A stretch of 64,000 nucleotides of DNA. It comes from the human T2T-CHM13v2.0 reference genome, Homo sapiens. The notes below the pieces were generated by a model, which was not told the DNA's origin, did not search any database, and worked only from the letters and a program-made list of their open reading frames with translations. The position numbers were made by a program, and so were the translations under genes. Below, one piece after another: positions 1 through 14,550 of this stretch. The stretch lies in the NCBI RefSeq assembly GCF_009914755.1, contig NC_060927.1. One strand, given 5' to 3'. Position 1 is the stretch's first letter; each line of letters begins with the position of its first letter.

Positions 1-1806
<1,806 letters not shown>

Positions 1807-3898
1807 GAAACAGATCCCTCATGGTATCCCATAAAAGTTACCTTAATTTATGAAAATCCAACCTGTGCAATATGGGTATCTTTTTTACAATAGAAGTGAT
1901 TTATATGGGCTACTCTTCCCATAGCAAGAGTCTCATTGCCTTACCATATAGCTCTTTTGGAATTTTTTTTTTTTAAACTTGAATATATCAGAATGATAGT
2001 AACTGGCCACTGGAGAAAAAGCTCTGACCTCAAGCCAAAGAGCAATCTGTCTACATGTCTATACCATGGCAGTGATTATTGATAACACAACTGATTATTG
2101 TAATCACAACTTCCCATACAGAAATTACTATTTGTATTATTCTCCAAAAAATAAGGCCAAATGCCATAATGTGTTTTTTCAGAAACAGTAGAACATACTC
2201 TTAGAATGATGTGAGTGCACACTCACTCTCATTCTAGTTTATTCTAAACGAGAATCTGAGATGAATGTTCCAAATCTCTCCAATCACAAGGGAGGAGGGT
2301 ACATTTGCAGTGGATTTTTCTCAGAAGGTTAAATCTAAAGAAGTAATTAAGGCTCCACATTTCTGATTTGCAGGAAACTGCGTTATGCATTTCCCTTGGA
2401 TGAAAATAAGTAAAGAGGATAAAGGAAGACTCTCAAATTGCAGTCTGTGTGACCTGTTTTTGAATAAACATAATCATATTCCACAGTCAATTATCTCCAA
2501 AGTACAGTGTGTTCTCCAGCCAGAGCGAGAGAGTGAGAGGAAGAATGTCAGTTAGAAGTGGTTAGAGAAGAGGACACATGCATAGAAGTGTACATCTTTC
2601 TATTGTCCTCTGAAAATTTTTATACGATTTGGGAGGGGTTAGTGGGGAGGATTATACAGTATTTTTATGTGATTTCATAAATGTCAAATTTCAGTCATCA
2701 GTAAGAGAGGCAAGCACAGGTAGGAAAACAAAATGAGATATGTTATGTTCAGCACAGTAATAAGGCTCCTAATACCAAAGGAAAAACAAGTCAGTAGTTA
2801 CAACTATTGAATAGAAGTGGTCTAATCGGAGCAGCAGGATGCGTATCCCATTTTATTATGGCTTCATTATGTGTTTTGCAAGGCTCTTTGGATTGCCATT
2901 AAAATAATTTTGTGCAGCAGCACTGTGAGGACTCAGAATCCAGAAGCGTAACTATTATTTTCTTTTCTTCTTTGTTTTCTTTTTGAGGTAAAGTTGGCAG
3001 CAAAGGAAGGTTTCGGATGGACCAAGTATAGACACAACACTTCTGTTAATTCACATGGGGACTAGGCAGCCTCCCACAATGGCTGTGACATTCATCCTGT
3101 TCTGATAGAAACTCCCTGCTTTCTGTGTGGCCTGGGATTTGAATCTGGAGGTCTTTGATCCTTAGCCTCTCCCGTGGCTGGTTACCGGATGGAACGGACC
3201 TGATCTTTCATTTCCCAAAGAAGGCCTATTACCATCAGAAGCAAACCGCATCCTTGCTTTTATAGCAGTTGCGCTTGATAATTATTGGTGATACTGACAT
3301 CTGCCCATGCTTACTTCATATTCATGAGCCTGAAGTGGAATTTTTTTTTTAAGCTAACATCCCCAGTTTTGGGGAATAGAGTATTTCCTCCAAAGTTAAA
3401 CCCTGAGGTTTATTTCAGAAAACCAGTAGTCAAGTACCCTTCTTCTCACTGAGCTAAGAAATCCTCATAAATTATTTATTTCCCATTTTAGACATTGGAC
3501 AGTGACTCAGTGTGCCCTGGAAATATTATCACTGTATTAATTTTCTCATGTGGCTCAGCATAATGTTAGAGAAATGGATAGTTACAGGTCCAGACACTAT
3601 AAAGATGGAGCTAAATATTCTTCTAAAAATAGGATGTTTGGTTAACGTTTAGTAGTCAACAACTTTCCTGAAGCCACACACAGTGCCGGACTAAGAAATG
3701 GAATAAATGTCCTCATACAGTATTTGGTGAAGTCTCCCTTTAGGAGATTAAGCTTTTAATGTTAAAGATTCAGAGTATTTTAGCTTTATCCCTGAGACTT
3801 ATTATTTGACGTGATGACATCTTTAACTCAAGAGGTCAACAATTGGGATAAAATGCCATGCTGTGGGTGATGGACGCCATAAAAGTAACCTGATAATC

Positions 3899-4197
<299 letters not shown>

Positions 4198-4856
4198 TAA
4201 CCTGATAATTGAGTTTTAGTTATAAAAGTGCCAAAATGCTAAAAGAATTTACAGTTTCTGACCACTGAAATATTTTGCTCTAGCCTGGGTACAAGAAGAA
4301 GCGAGTTTGAGACTAGGAATGAATGAGAGGAAACTTTTGATTCTTACTACATAGGTTCCTTTTAGAATTTTGAATGTTTAGAGCTAGAAATTGAATATTC
4401 ATTATTCTAGCCCAGACATTTTACAGAGGAGAAAGTCAAAGTTTCAGAGATGAAAGTTGTACCCAGGGCCACACAGTTAGGTTGCTGCAAATATTAAGAG
4501 AACTTACTTCACTTAATTTGGTGCATTTTTATTCTTCTATTTATAGACGAGTAAAATGTGCTGAGACCAGTGCATTTTAAGCTCCAAGACTGTCACTTCT
4601 TCATTTGTCTTAGGCTTTTAGATTCAATTAAATAAGTAATGCACCTAAAGATTCATCAGCTGGGAATACTGTCTCACCACTGAATGACTTAAGAGAGATA
4701 ATATTGCCTTGCTGAAGACATATTATAAAAATCTGAGAATGAGCATGTGTGAAGCTCTCTGATACTCTTACAAGAAGTGAAGTATAAGTAGTTGTGGATT
4801 CCTTCAAATGAAACAAAATTTTTCTGGACGCCTTTTTAGATAGAGTATATGCAACC

Positions 4857-4922
4857 CAGGAGTATAGATGTGATGTCTCCTGTCCTGTGCAGGAGTATAA
4901 ATGTGATGTCTCCTGTCCTGTG
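4857..4922. repeat. 33-bp tandem duplication (2 copies, 1 mismatch)
   Basis: CAGGAGTATA(G/A)ATGTGATGTCTCCTGTCCTGTG at 4857-4889 and 4890-4922. Confidence 0.95.
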
Positions 4923-6134
4923 CTCAGGCAGGTTAGGATTCTGGCAGACCATGAGACACCCCTGAGCCATCACTTTAAAATGCCCCGTATTTCAGTAGCG
5001 TCTATGTGCTAGGATTTCTGTTTGGGAGTACAAAAAGCAATGAGATTGTTTTTCTTGAGTAACCTGAAGTCTACTGGGAAGAACCCAGTGGTAACCCAAA
5101 TAGCTATGACACAAGGTAGAAAATAGTACCAAGGTAGATAGAGATAAAACCTTTGATACTTAAAGGAAGACAGAAATACTGCTGACTGGGAATTTTAGAG
5201 GAATTTTCATGAACAAAGATCAGTAACATCATCCACTATCCATGAAATATTGAACTATAAGGCAGTTTTAGTACTGGGAAAGAAAAACTACATCATACCT
5301 ACCAGTAAGAATCTCATGATCATCATATTTTAATAAAAGATGAAGAGGTAAGATCGCTTATTCTGTGTTCCAAAGAAATTCCTGGAGGAGAAGGGATCTG
5401 AGCTAGACTTTCATAAATAGAGATGATTTGGATAGAAGAACAATTTAGAGCATCCTGGTTTGAAAGAACAAAAGGATCTAAGGCAGTAGCCCTGGGAATG
5501 TACTTCACAAGTTCAGGATCAATGAGTATCCAGTTTAGCTAAAGAAAACAATTCTAGTGAAAGAAGTAAACAAACGTTTGGTAGGATGAAATGGTTCCAT
5601 CTTATGGAGAAGCTTAAATATTGATCCAAGAATTTTGAACACCCTAGTGGACTTCAGGAGAACCTTGTGACTCTGAGCAAAGATAAAAATAAATTGATAT
5701 GGGAAATGATGTTCCTTTCAGATTAGAGAAACTCCTGAATTAATCTCAAATTTGGAGGCCGCTTAGTATAACAAAAAAGTATATTTTCAATATTGCTGAT
5801 ATGTAATCTAAGAATGGTTCTCTCTTCCTGTCACTGAAATTCATCTATTATTTATTCCAAGCTTTAAAAAAAAAGTACTAAAATAAAATTGTGTGATTGA
5901 GCATTGCAAAAGAGTGGGTTTTTATAATGTGGAAGCCAAAATTTTTTATCAGAAAAGAAAAGAGAAAAAAGAATCTATGCTGAGAGGAGATGGCCAACTA
6001 CTACATAGATTTATTAACTCAACAAAAGGGTGACCAGTTCTTCCAAACCTGGTATTTGTTGGTCGTATCTATTACAAGGTAGCTGTGGCTTGGTGCAGGG
6101 TGCAGACAAGAGAGGGAACAGGAAGAAAGAGATT

Positions 6135-6360
6135 AGTGTAAACTGTGAAATCAGGCAAAGCTAGACTCAAATTTTGTCTCTGTTTTCTAGTAACTATGTG
6201 TGACCTTGAATTATTGAAGCTCTCTAAACTTCCACTTTCTTGTTTGCAAAATGGTACGATGGCATCTACATATAGAATTATAGTAAAGAGTAAATGAGAA
6301 ATACATGTGAATACCTAGCCGCTTCTGGAAAATAGTATGTACTCAGTTACTGGTTATTTT
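6135..6360 (+). mobile_element. MIR SINE, degenerate
   Basis: Colinear similarity to the MIR core (TGTGTGACCTTG...TTTGCAAAATGG...TAAATGAGAAATACATGTG...TAGTATGTACTCA). Confidence 0.65.
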
Positions 6361-9300
6361 TATTATCGTTGTAATTACTATTTCCAGTGATGTGATGCTT
6401 ATTACCTTCCAAAGCAAGTACTTTTATATTTGAATAAGTGAAAGCTCTTTCCCATTATTTCTAAACCCTTGTCCTACTTCTCAGTTCTAGAACTTTTTTT
6501 TTTTTTCCTTAATGGAAGGAAAGAAATAAGGAAGGGTTGGAGAGAGAGAGAGAGGAAAAGCACCTTTGTTTGTATGCTTTCTTTAGATACGTTGAAGACA
6601 ATACTCACAAATCTCTTCAGTCGTCTCTCCATTTGGATGGCCATCCTCAGTGCTTAAGCACTTCTTCATAAATATGATTTTCAGAAGCATCTGAAGCATC
6701 TGTATTCGGGGTCCTGTCCTCATCCCTGTTAAGAAATATAAGGCTCAAAATCAGATGTTGTTATGTGAGGTGTGGTCTCGTGCATGGAGTACAAGGTCAC
6801 TTTTCATTAGGAGACAAATGCGCAGTAATACCTACAGTGTGGGAACGTGGATCCCTTCTCTTTAATATCAGTTTTGCCAGTGCCCTCCTTTGTAACCCAG
6901 AGTAGCTTCAGATAAACCTACTGAGCCCTTCTTTTCTTGTTCATAGGAAAATATTTTTAAAGGGATAGTGCATTTATAAGAAAATTTTTATATACTTCTT
7001 TTACCCTGAGAGGATTGCAAAGTTTGTCATGCCCTGATTGACAAATATAAGTTCAAAAAAAAAAACAGAAAATAAATTCCTTAAATAATTTATATCAGAC
7101 AAATGGATCTGAATCTAAGCAAAATTTTCAGGAAAAAAAATGTTTATAATCATTAGGTAAAAGTAGAATTCTGACCTTATCTTTATATTTTCTTTATATT
7201 TTAAAGCTTTGCCTACATATTCCAAGACTTGGCTTTCAGTTTTCCTAAATCTAAACAGAGAAATAAATGAAATCATGTCTAAGATTTCTTCCGATTTTGA
7301 CATTGTTATATGTCCTTACCTGTAAAATGAAGAAAATATTTTTTCTTTTTATCAGGGTTGTTGTTAGGAAGAAATGATATTATGGATATTGTGTTTCAGC
7401 CTGCTAGGGACAGATACTTTCATAGCTTCATTCATTCACCCTAGGGTAAAAGTATCAGTGTTTTCTTCTTTTTCCTTCAGGATTTATTCCTTAGTCAGGG
7501 AGTGACCAAGGATGGTCAGCCAGAACCTCAGCTGGTCACCTGGAGCATAATATGGTAAACAGAACCATACCCAAAGTTCTGTTTACGGAGGCAGTCCTGG
7601 CTACCAGTGAATGATCAGGAACCCTATAAGCTAGCCCCTGGAAGAACAATGATGCTGATTTTATCTGTAAAATAATTCTTTGCATACAAAGTACTATAAA
7701 CTCAGTTGGTTCTCCCTGCATATTTTTGAATGATTGTAGGCAGAGTTTTTGTTATCTGTTTTACTAATGATGCAACTGAGGCCCGCAGGAGTCAGGTTGC
7801 CTATAAAGGCAAGGATGTGCATATAGAATTACCCAAAGCAAATTGGTATTTTGTGGGGCACAACCTCAAAACCACTGATATCTTGCTACATTTAAGTACA
7901 AAAAGCTCCTATATGCCACAGAATTAGAACATTACCAGATCTTAAATGTTCCTTAGAAATCACCTCAACTGATGCCCCACATTTGGCAGAAAGCCAAAAA
8001 GTTTCTCAGCTAGGAACAAAACACAAGTTCCCTTTCTATCACATGGTGCTGAAGCTTAGATGCATAAACTGAACAAATCATCAGGAAGCTATAAAAGGAA
8101 CAAACAAATACAGTCTCTGGAATCATTGCAACCTCAATACACATCTCATTGCCACTTCCTGGACATTTGTGTCTAGCTAGGTTGCTTCCCCTGCCTGAGC
8201 CTTACTGTGAATATGTGCCAAGCAGAGTGTTGCTGTTAATTGAGCTAGATAACATGCCAGTGTCTGGCCTAGTTCTTGGCCCATAATAGGTATTCAACTA
8301 ATATTTACTTCTTTTCATCCACTCACCCTTCTTCTTAACAGTTGGAACCCCTGTTTTGAACTGTTCACTTCTACTCTGGATTTCCCTGTGTAAGCTCACT
8401 TGCAGAAGAGGGTGGAGGTGAACACACTGCATTTCCCACCATCCAGCTCTGACCTGGGCCCACCCTGTGCAGGACTCTGCTGACTTTGGGATGCCAGCTG
8501 TGGTCCTCACACAGGGCTCACTGTATCCGGGGGCCTGGCTTGATCCGGTAAAGAGCGTCTGCTGCGGTGCCTGATGGAAAGTGCCCGCTTAATTGGGAGA
8601 TAGGGCTTCATGAATGGATCTTTCATTAGTTGAAAAAAAAAAATATTTGCCTGCAAGGACTGTAAACAGAAGACTTGATTCACTTGTTCCTTTTCTCCTG
8701 CCCTCTCTTGGGTTTTGTTTGACTTAGCGTGTTTATACCTCAGGACACAGCTGGTACTAATGCCTTTCCAAGGTTAAGAAAGCTTTCCCTGCCATTCCCT
8801 ATGGTCCCCTTTGTGTACTTTCAAGAGACAATAAAGGAGGTGTGGATGTGAGACAGAGAGTGCATTCACATTAGTCCTGGCTATTATGGGGACCTCAGAA
8901 CAAGCATCACCTCCACCCTGTCTGCATGGATTTAAGAGAGAGCATCTGAGCACCTGAGCTTACCTCAAACACGTTCTTTGAAGAAGAGTCACTGCCGGTC
9001 ATTTCTGTAATGTATCACAGCTGTCCTGACCTGATCCTTCTCTGCTCTATCGTGGCTACTTTAGCATATTTTTCTCAAAAAGTGTTCCTCTTTCATAATT
9101 AAAGGTGAGGGAAGACTGGATGAAAAAAGCTGTGGGATATGGTCAGCACATAAGGCCTGTGGTCAAAGATGGGTCTTCAGTTACATCGTTTGGTCTTACT
9201 AAGCCTCAATGTTCTCATTTGTAAATCTGGAATAATCATTAGACCTTTTTCACTCTGCTTGTTGTGAGGTTCAAACATGAGACTCAATGAAAAAGTACTT

Positions 9301-10714
9301 TTTGGACAATAGAACACTACATAAATAGGAAAATTTTAATGGAACCTTCCTCATATTCCATTAATATGTTGGTGCTCTGCATTATAGTAGTACTTTAGTT
9401 GACTTGAGCACATGATGTAGTTGACTTTAGATTAAACTTTCACTAAGTATTACTTAGAAAAAACGAGCCATCATGTGATTCTACAGTCTTTATGGGCTAC
9501 ATAGGGATGGTGAATTCTTTTCACCACTAGCAAAGGCTCCTAAAGGATCATGCCTTACTCCCACTCCATAGATGAAGACCTTAGGCCCCTGGGAATCCAT
9601 TGAGCTCACAGAGGTTTACATAATGCCAAATCAGGATGGGAAGTTAGATCCTGCTTAGTGCTCATAACTGGCTTATGAGGTTTCCATTTCAGACAATGAA
9701 TACTCATCAAGGAGGATTGGTGGGGAACCATGAGCTGTTCATGTGTACTGCTGCACTCACGTCGTATCCAGACACCCAGATATCATCTCTGGCCCACTGC
9801 AGTAAGATCTCTGTCTTCTGTCCTGTTTGTCTCTCCTTCATTCATTCCTTCATTTGCTCTATCTAGCCTTCATACTTCTTGAATCACTTTGAGTATGGTA
9901 CCCTTATTTTAAATAAATAGTACCCTCATTTGGGTATTTGTTTCCAGTGTTCCTGAGGCTGGGGAATTTCTCCAGAGTTTAATGATGACTCTGGTGCTCA
10001 AGCACCAAGAAAATTTCCACTTGAGATGGATCTGGCACTGGAGGTTTATTTTTTCCCCTTTCTATTTTATTGTTGGCCAGTTTGGGCCAGCATGTTGCTA
10101 GGTTGTATTGGTTTCTTAGCTCTTGTAACCAAGCTAAGATGCACATGTCAAAAAATATTTTTTCTTCCTCTCTAAAAAGGTTTTTCCTCTTTTCTGTAAT
10201 GCTTCAGGAAGGGAAAAGAGTGTTTGCTTGATTCTAATTCTGGCATATGAAGTGTTTGCTACAAAATGTTTTTATCACTGTGTTATCTTGTCAAAGTGCT
10301 ATCGTCATTGTCATTTTCAGTTTAATAGCAGGAATGTTCCATTTTCACAAAGGATATTCCATATTTTAAGTAAACTCAACAAAGGAAATTTCAAATGCAA
10401 AAAAATATTGATAGTGAGAAGCTAATTAGTTTTTTTATTTCTCAAAGCCCTACATTTAAAATAGCTTTAAGTTTCCAGTATGTCATGCTCTGACAGTAGC
10501 ATTTACAGGTAAAGGATGATGCTTAACTAGGATTATGGTTACATTGTAAACACTCAAGCCAAAGAAAAATATATCCTTGGACAAAGGGGTTAGGATGATT
10601 TGCCAGAGTGGCCTCCAGTGTTTGGATGACAGCTACATCACTGTGATTTAATGCACCTTTAGTTTCAGGAGTTGTATCCAGACTAGTCCTCATCTCAGCC
10701 TCACCAAAAGGGAC

Positions 10715-10800
10715 TGGACTTAACCACAATAGAACTCAGAGCTCCTGCAGTGAAACCCAGTCCCTTTCCATGCGGGAAGTGATAACCGCAGGTGAAACTC
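10715..10800. promoter_or_regulatory. Candidate hematopoietic-type enhancer core (RUNX; overlapping ETS/GATA/RUNX/E-box)
   Basis: TAACCACA 10721-10728; CGGGAAGTG 10773-10781, TGATAA 10780-10785, AACCGCA 10784-10790, CAGGTG 10789-10794. Function is inferred from motifs only. Confidence 0.55.
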
Positions 10801-12011
10801 TGAGCTAGGGAAATACCATCTTGGTAGTCCTGAAGTGATAGCACTTACATTCTTTTGCCAGGCATCCAAAATCCTTTATTCTTCAAATAGTTGTGAAGGT
10901 TTTTTTTATTATTATATAAAGCCTTGCAGTGAGTCATAGAAGAAATGCATTGGGGTCTGAGACAGAGAGAGAGAGATGAAACAACTATAATTCCTGAGTC
11001 AACTATGATTCCTGTCTTCAAGAGTCTCATGATTAAGAAATGGAGACAAAGCAGAAATAACTAATTCCAACTTCCTAAGCTAAATGTCATAATGAACAAG
11101 GAACCAAGGAAGCACATAGAAGGCTTAGGTAAATTCTTCCTGAGGGAATTCCTCTGTTATAGGTAATAATTATTAAGCTTCCACCTTGTCTTGTTTCTAT
11201 GTCTCTATTATTATTTAATATTTACAGCTAAAGCTATCTATCTATCTATCCATCTGTCTGTCTAGAGTTCCTACCTAATGGTATGTTTCAGATTAGGATA
11301 GATTTCTCACTTGAAACAGTCTGTCTGATGTTTTGCATCCATCCATCCATTCATTCTACAAACTGTTATGCCCTCTATATGGCAAGCATTTTGCTATATC
11401 CTTACTACAGAATTCACTTAGGCACTAATACCTATTTTAATTATGGAGACAAAAACAGCTAAGAAAATGTTATCACTCCATAGATGAGTTAAAGAAAAAA
11501 AACAGGGAGAATTTCTTGAAGGTGATGTCAATATTATCATAAACTCAGGCAGTCCATGCTGAAAATGATTTTTTTGTGAGCCAGAATCCCCTGTACTCAT
11601 CATTTATTCCCTGATTTACTGCGTTTTATTCTGTATCAGATGATGTGCTAGCATAAAGCGGGGACATAACATCTTCTGATATCATGAGACATTGTTTCTA
11701 AACCTCTTTTCTTGGTGATTAGACCTATGCTTGTGCCCATCAGAGTCAAGGGTTGTGGACACTTGCTCCGCTGCTTGTTTTTTCTGCTATCTTCTGTCCT
11801 TGTTGGTTGCATTCTAATGGACCTATACCAAGTGCTGTCAGAAGATGAGAGACTACAAATCAGATTCCACAAGGATGTTCACAAATAATAAGCATTTGGT
11901 TGCAATTTAAAATTGGTTGGCAGAGCAATAGGGCATTTGATTATTAGGATTTTACATTATCTGAGTGACTTGGAAATAGAAAAGAAGGGACTTGTATTAT
12001 ATGTCCAGAAA

Positions 12012-12224
12012 AAAAGTCCAGCAAACTATAATCCATAGGCAAAATCCAGTGCACTGCTGTGTTTGTAAATAAAGTTTTATTGGAATTCAGTCACGCCCAT
12101 TTGCTTATGTGTTGTCTATGTCTGATTTCTGTCTACTTGGTGGCATTGACTAGTTTTGAGAAACCAAATGACCCACAAACTTTGCAATATTTACCGTCTC
12201 TTTATTGAAAAGGCTTGACCCTCT
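12012..12224 (+). mobile_element. MER58A-like hAT-Charlie non-autonomous DNA transposon
   Basis: GCAAACTAT...TTTGTAAATAAAGTTTTATTGGAA..CAGTCACGCCCATTTG...AATATTTAC hallmark segments; ends approximate. Confidence 0.75.
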
Positions 12225-12749
12225 ATAAAAACGAATTAATCCTGAAGGAGAAGAAAAAATAAATAGGGACCCTAATCATATTTTTAAATTTATACAGCAT
12301 GCAGTTTTGAAACACTCAGTCAATGATGTAGAACAATTAAAAAGAAAAAATAAAACCTGGGCTAAGATGATAGACAAATTCCCTTTCAACTTCAACCAGT
12401 TTGTTCTGAGGATATTGTGTGCTTCAGGAATTTCTGCCATATGCTGGGATATTCAGACATATATAACGCAGTCTGCCTTCCAGGAACCCTTAGTCTGTTA
12501 GTGGAGATGGACATAGAAAGCAGCAAATACTCCTTTGTGTAACTCATGCTGTATATGAGATAAGATAATGAGGCAGAGAAGAGTTGGAGAGTAGAGATGG
12601 CCTGGCTTTTGGGAATTTGGGGAAGATATCATAAAACAGTAGAAACTTAAACTATGTTTGAAAGCATGAACTCATGATAGACGGGCAAGGGTAGAAACAA
12701 TCGTTTTATTTCTAGAAGCTTCAACTCTATCTTGAAATAGTTTGTTGTG

Positions 12750-13094
12750 TATATTAGTCCGTTTTCACGCTGCTGATAAAGACATACCTGAGACTGGACA
12801 ATTTACAAAATAAAGAAGTTTCAATGGACTTATGGTTCCACATGGCTGGGGAGGTCTCACAGTCATGGCAGAAGGTGAAAAGCACATCTCACATGGCAAC
12901 AGACAAGAGAAGAGAGCTTGTGCAGGAAAACTCCCATTTTCAAAACCATGGGATCTCACGAGACTTATTTACTATCATGAGAACAGCACGGGAAAGGCCT
13001 GCCCCCATGATTCAGTTACCTCCCACCAAGTCCTTCCCACAACACATGGGAATTAAAGATGAGATTTGGATGGGGACACAGCCAAACCTTATCA
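12750..13094 (-). mobile_element. THE1 (B/C-like) MaLR solo LTR
   Basis: The reverse complement begins TGATAAGGTTTGGCTGTGTCCCC and ends TTTATCAGCAGCGTGAAAACGGACTAATA. Length ~345 bp; imperfect 5-bp TSD (TTGTG/GTGTG). Confidence 0.93.
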
Positions 13095-13188
13095 GTGTGT
13101 TTATAATGGCACCACAGTTTCTAAAGTATTATCCATTATCTTTTTGGTCTTTATAACAGAGGTTGGTTGTAATCATTATCTCCATTTT

Positions 13189-13992
13189 ATTAGTATTTCT
13201 TAAAAGGCTTCATCAAAGCAGTTAAATGACTTTTTCAGGGTTTCACTGCTTATAAGTGGTAAAAGTTACCTGACCCTACCTCTGACTCTAAAGCCACAGG
13301 ACTGTCCCCTTAAATCAAACTTTCTGGCCTAAGTCTACAGGTATTCCCCAGAATTTCTAATTGATATGAAATGCAAGAGAAAAGAGTCTTTGAATTTTCC
13401 TGCACTGGAGCAACCTGCCTTATTCCAGACATTGCCAAGAAATTGTTTTTGCCACTGACATTATTGCGCATGCTGCCAGTGGAAGTAATAGTGATCTGGA
13501 CTTCATATGCTTTCACCGAACATGCATATGGCTCTTCTTATTAGACTGTCATAGGGCTCCCTTACTTTCAACTTTCCTTGGAGGTTTCTCTATTTTCTGT
13601 CCTCTTTTCCTTTCCTTGTTTCTGATACCAGCCTATAGACCCTCTGTCACCAGTTGGGTTTCTTCATCACATGGTTTTCTCCTTCTCAGGTGGAGTTTTG
13701 GCCAGAGGGAGGAGAATCTGTTCAATTAAACAGATTCTGTACAACAGATTCTGTATAATGCAAAACAGAACCGATTCTGTAAAATGCAAAAAAAACCCTT
13801 TTCTCTTGCATTTCAGATCAATTCTAAATTCTGGGGAATATCTGTAGACTTAGGCCAGAAAGTTTGACTTGAGGGGACAGCCCTGTGGCTTTAGAGTCAG
13901 AAGTAGGGTCAGGTAAGTTTTACCATTTATAAGCAGTGAAACCTTGAACAAGTCATTTAACTGCCTTGATGAAGCCTTTAAGAAATAATAAT
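13189..13992. repeat. Inverted repeat: arms 13189-13384 and 13798-13992, spacer 413 bp
   Basis: Hand alignment of the left arm with the reverse complement of the right arm gives about 15 differences in ~196 bp. Example: CAAACTTTCTGGCCTAAGTCTACAG vs CTGTAGACTTAGGCCAGAAAGTTTG. Confidence 0.96.
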
Positions 13993-14374
13993 TAAACATC
14001 CCCTGGTATTTGAGAAAAGAGGTATCCCAAGTCCCACCGTTTACCAGGTCCTATTACTCACAATGCTGGTAACCATAGGTCTCCATCCCTTATGCTCACT
14101 CCTCTTACCACGCCCTGTCTAGGAGCTACTTCTACATTTATGTGCTCAGTCTTCTATCCAGAACCCTACCCCCAAATGTCTAAGCTCCTCACACCTCAGT
14201 TCTCTGTCTTGGGCCATGGAACCTCTAACACTGGTTTGGAAGTGTGTGTCTTTTTCCTCAGGCAGCTGGAGCAGAGACTGATTCCACTGCCAATTCTTGC
14301 CTCAAGAAGAGTTGTCTTGAGACAATAGGTTGAAGCTTTCACTACATGTTCTTTTAGCAAAAAATTATAAAGCA

Positions 14375-14550
14375 TAGAGGTTGAGATGGGCTCTGGAATC
14401 AGACTACAAAGATTCTGATCTTAATGCTTCAGTTATAAGCTCTGGATGTTGAGCACCTCTCCTAATCTCCCCAAGCATCATCTACTGAAAGGGGGCATCA
14501 CAGGACTTCCCTCATTGAGCTGTTGTAAGGATTAAATGAGCACATGTTAA
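14375..14550 (+). mobile_element. MIR SINE, degenerate
   Basis: GGGCTCTGGAATCAGACT...CCTCATTGAGCTGTTGTAAGGATTAAATGAG matches the MIR consensus. Confidence 0.65.

Noticed and set aside
2202-2236. Small imperfect hairpin TAGAATGA.GTGAGTG/CACTCAC..TCATTCTA
   Set aside because: It is too short for a pre-miRNA and plausible by chance.
7460-7560. Strong-looking splice acceptor TTTTCTTCTTTTTCCTTCAG|G
   Set aside because: There is no convincing donor or reading frame. A non-coding exon cannot be excluded without RNA data.
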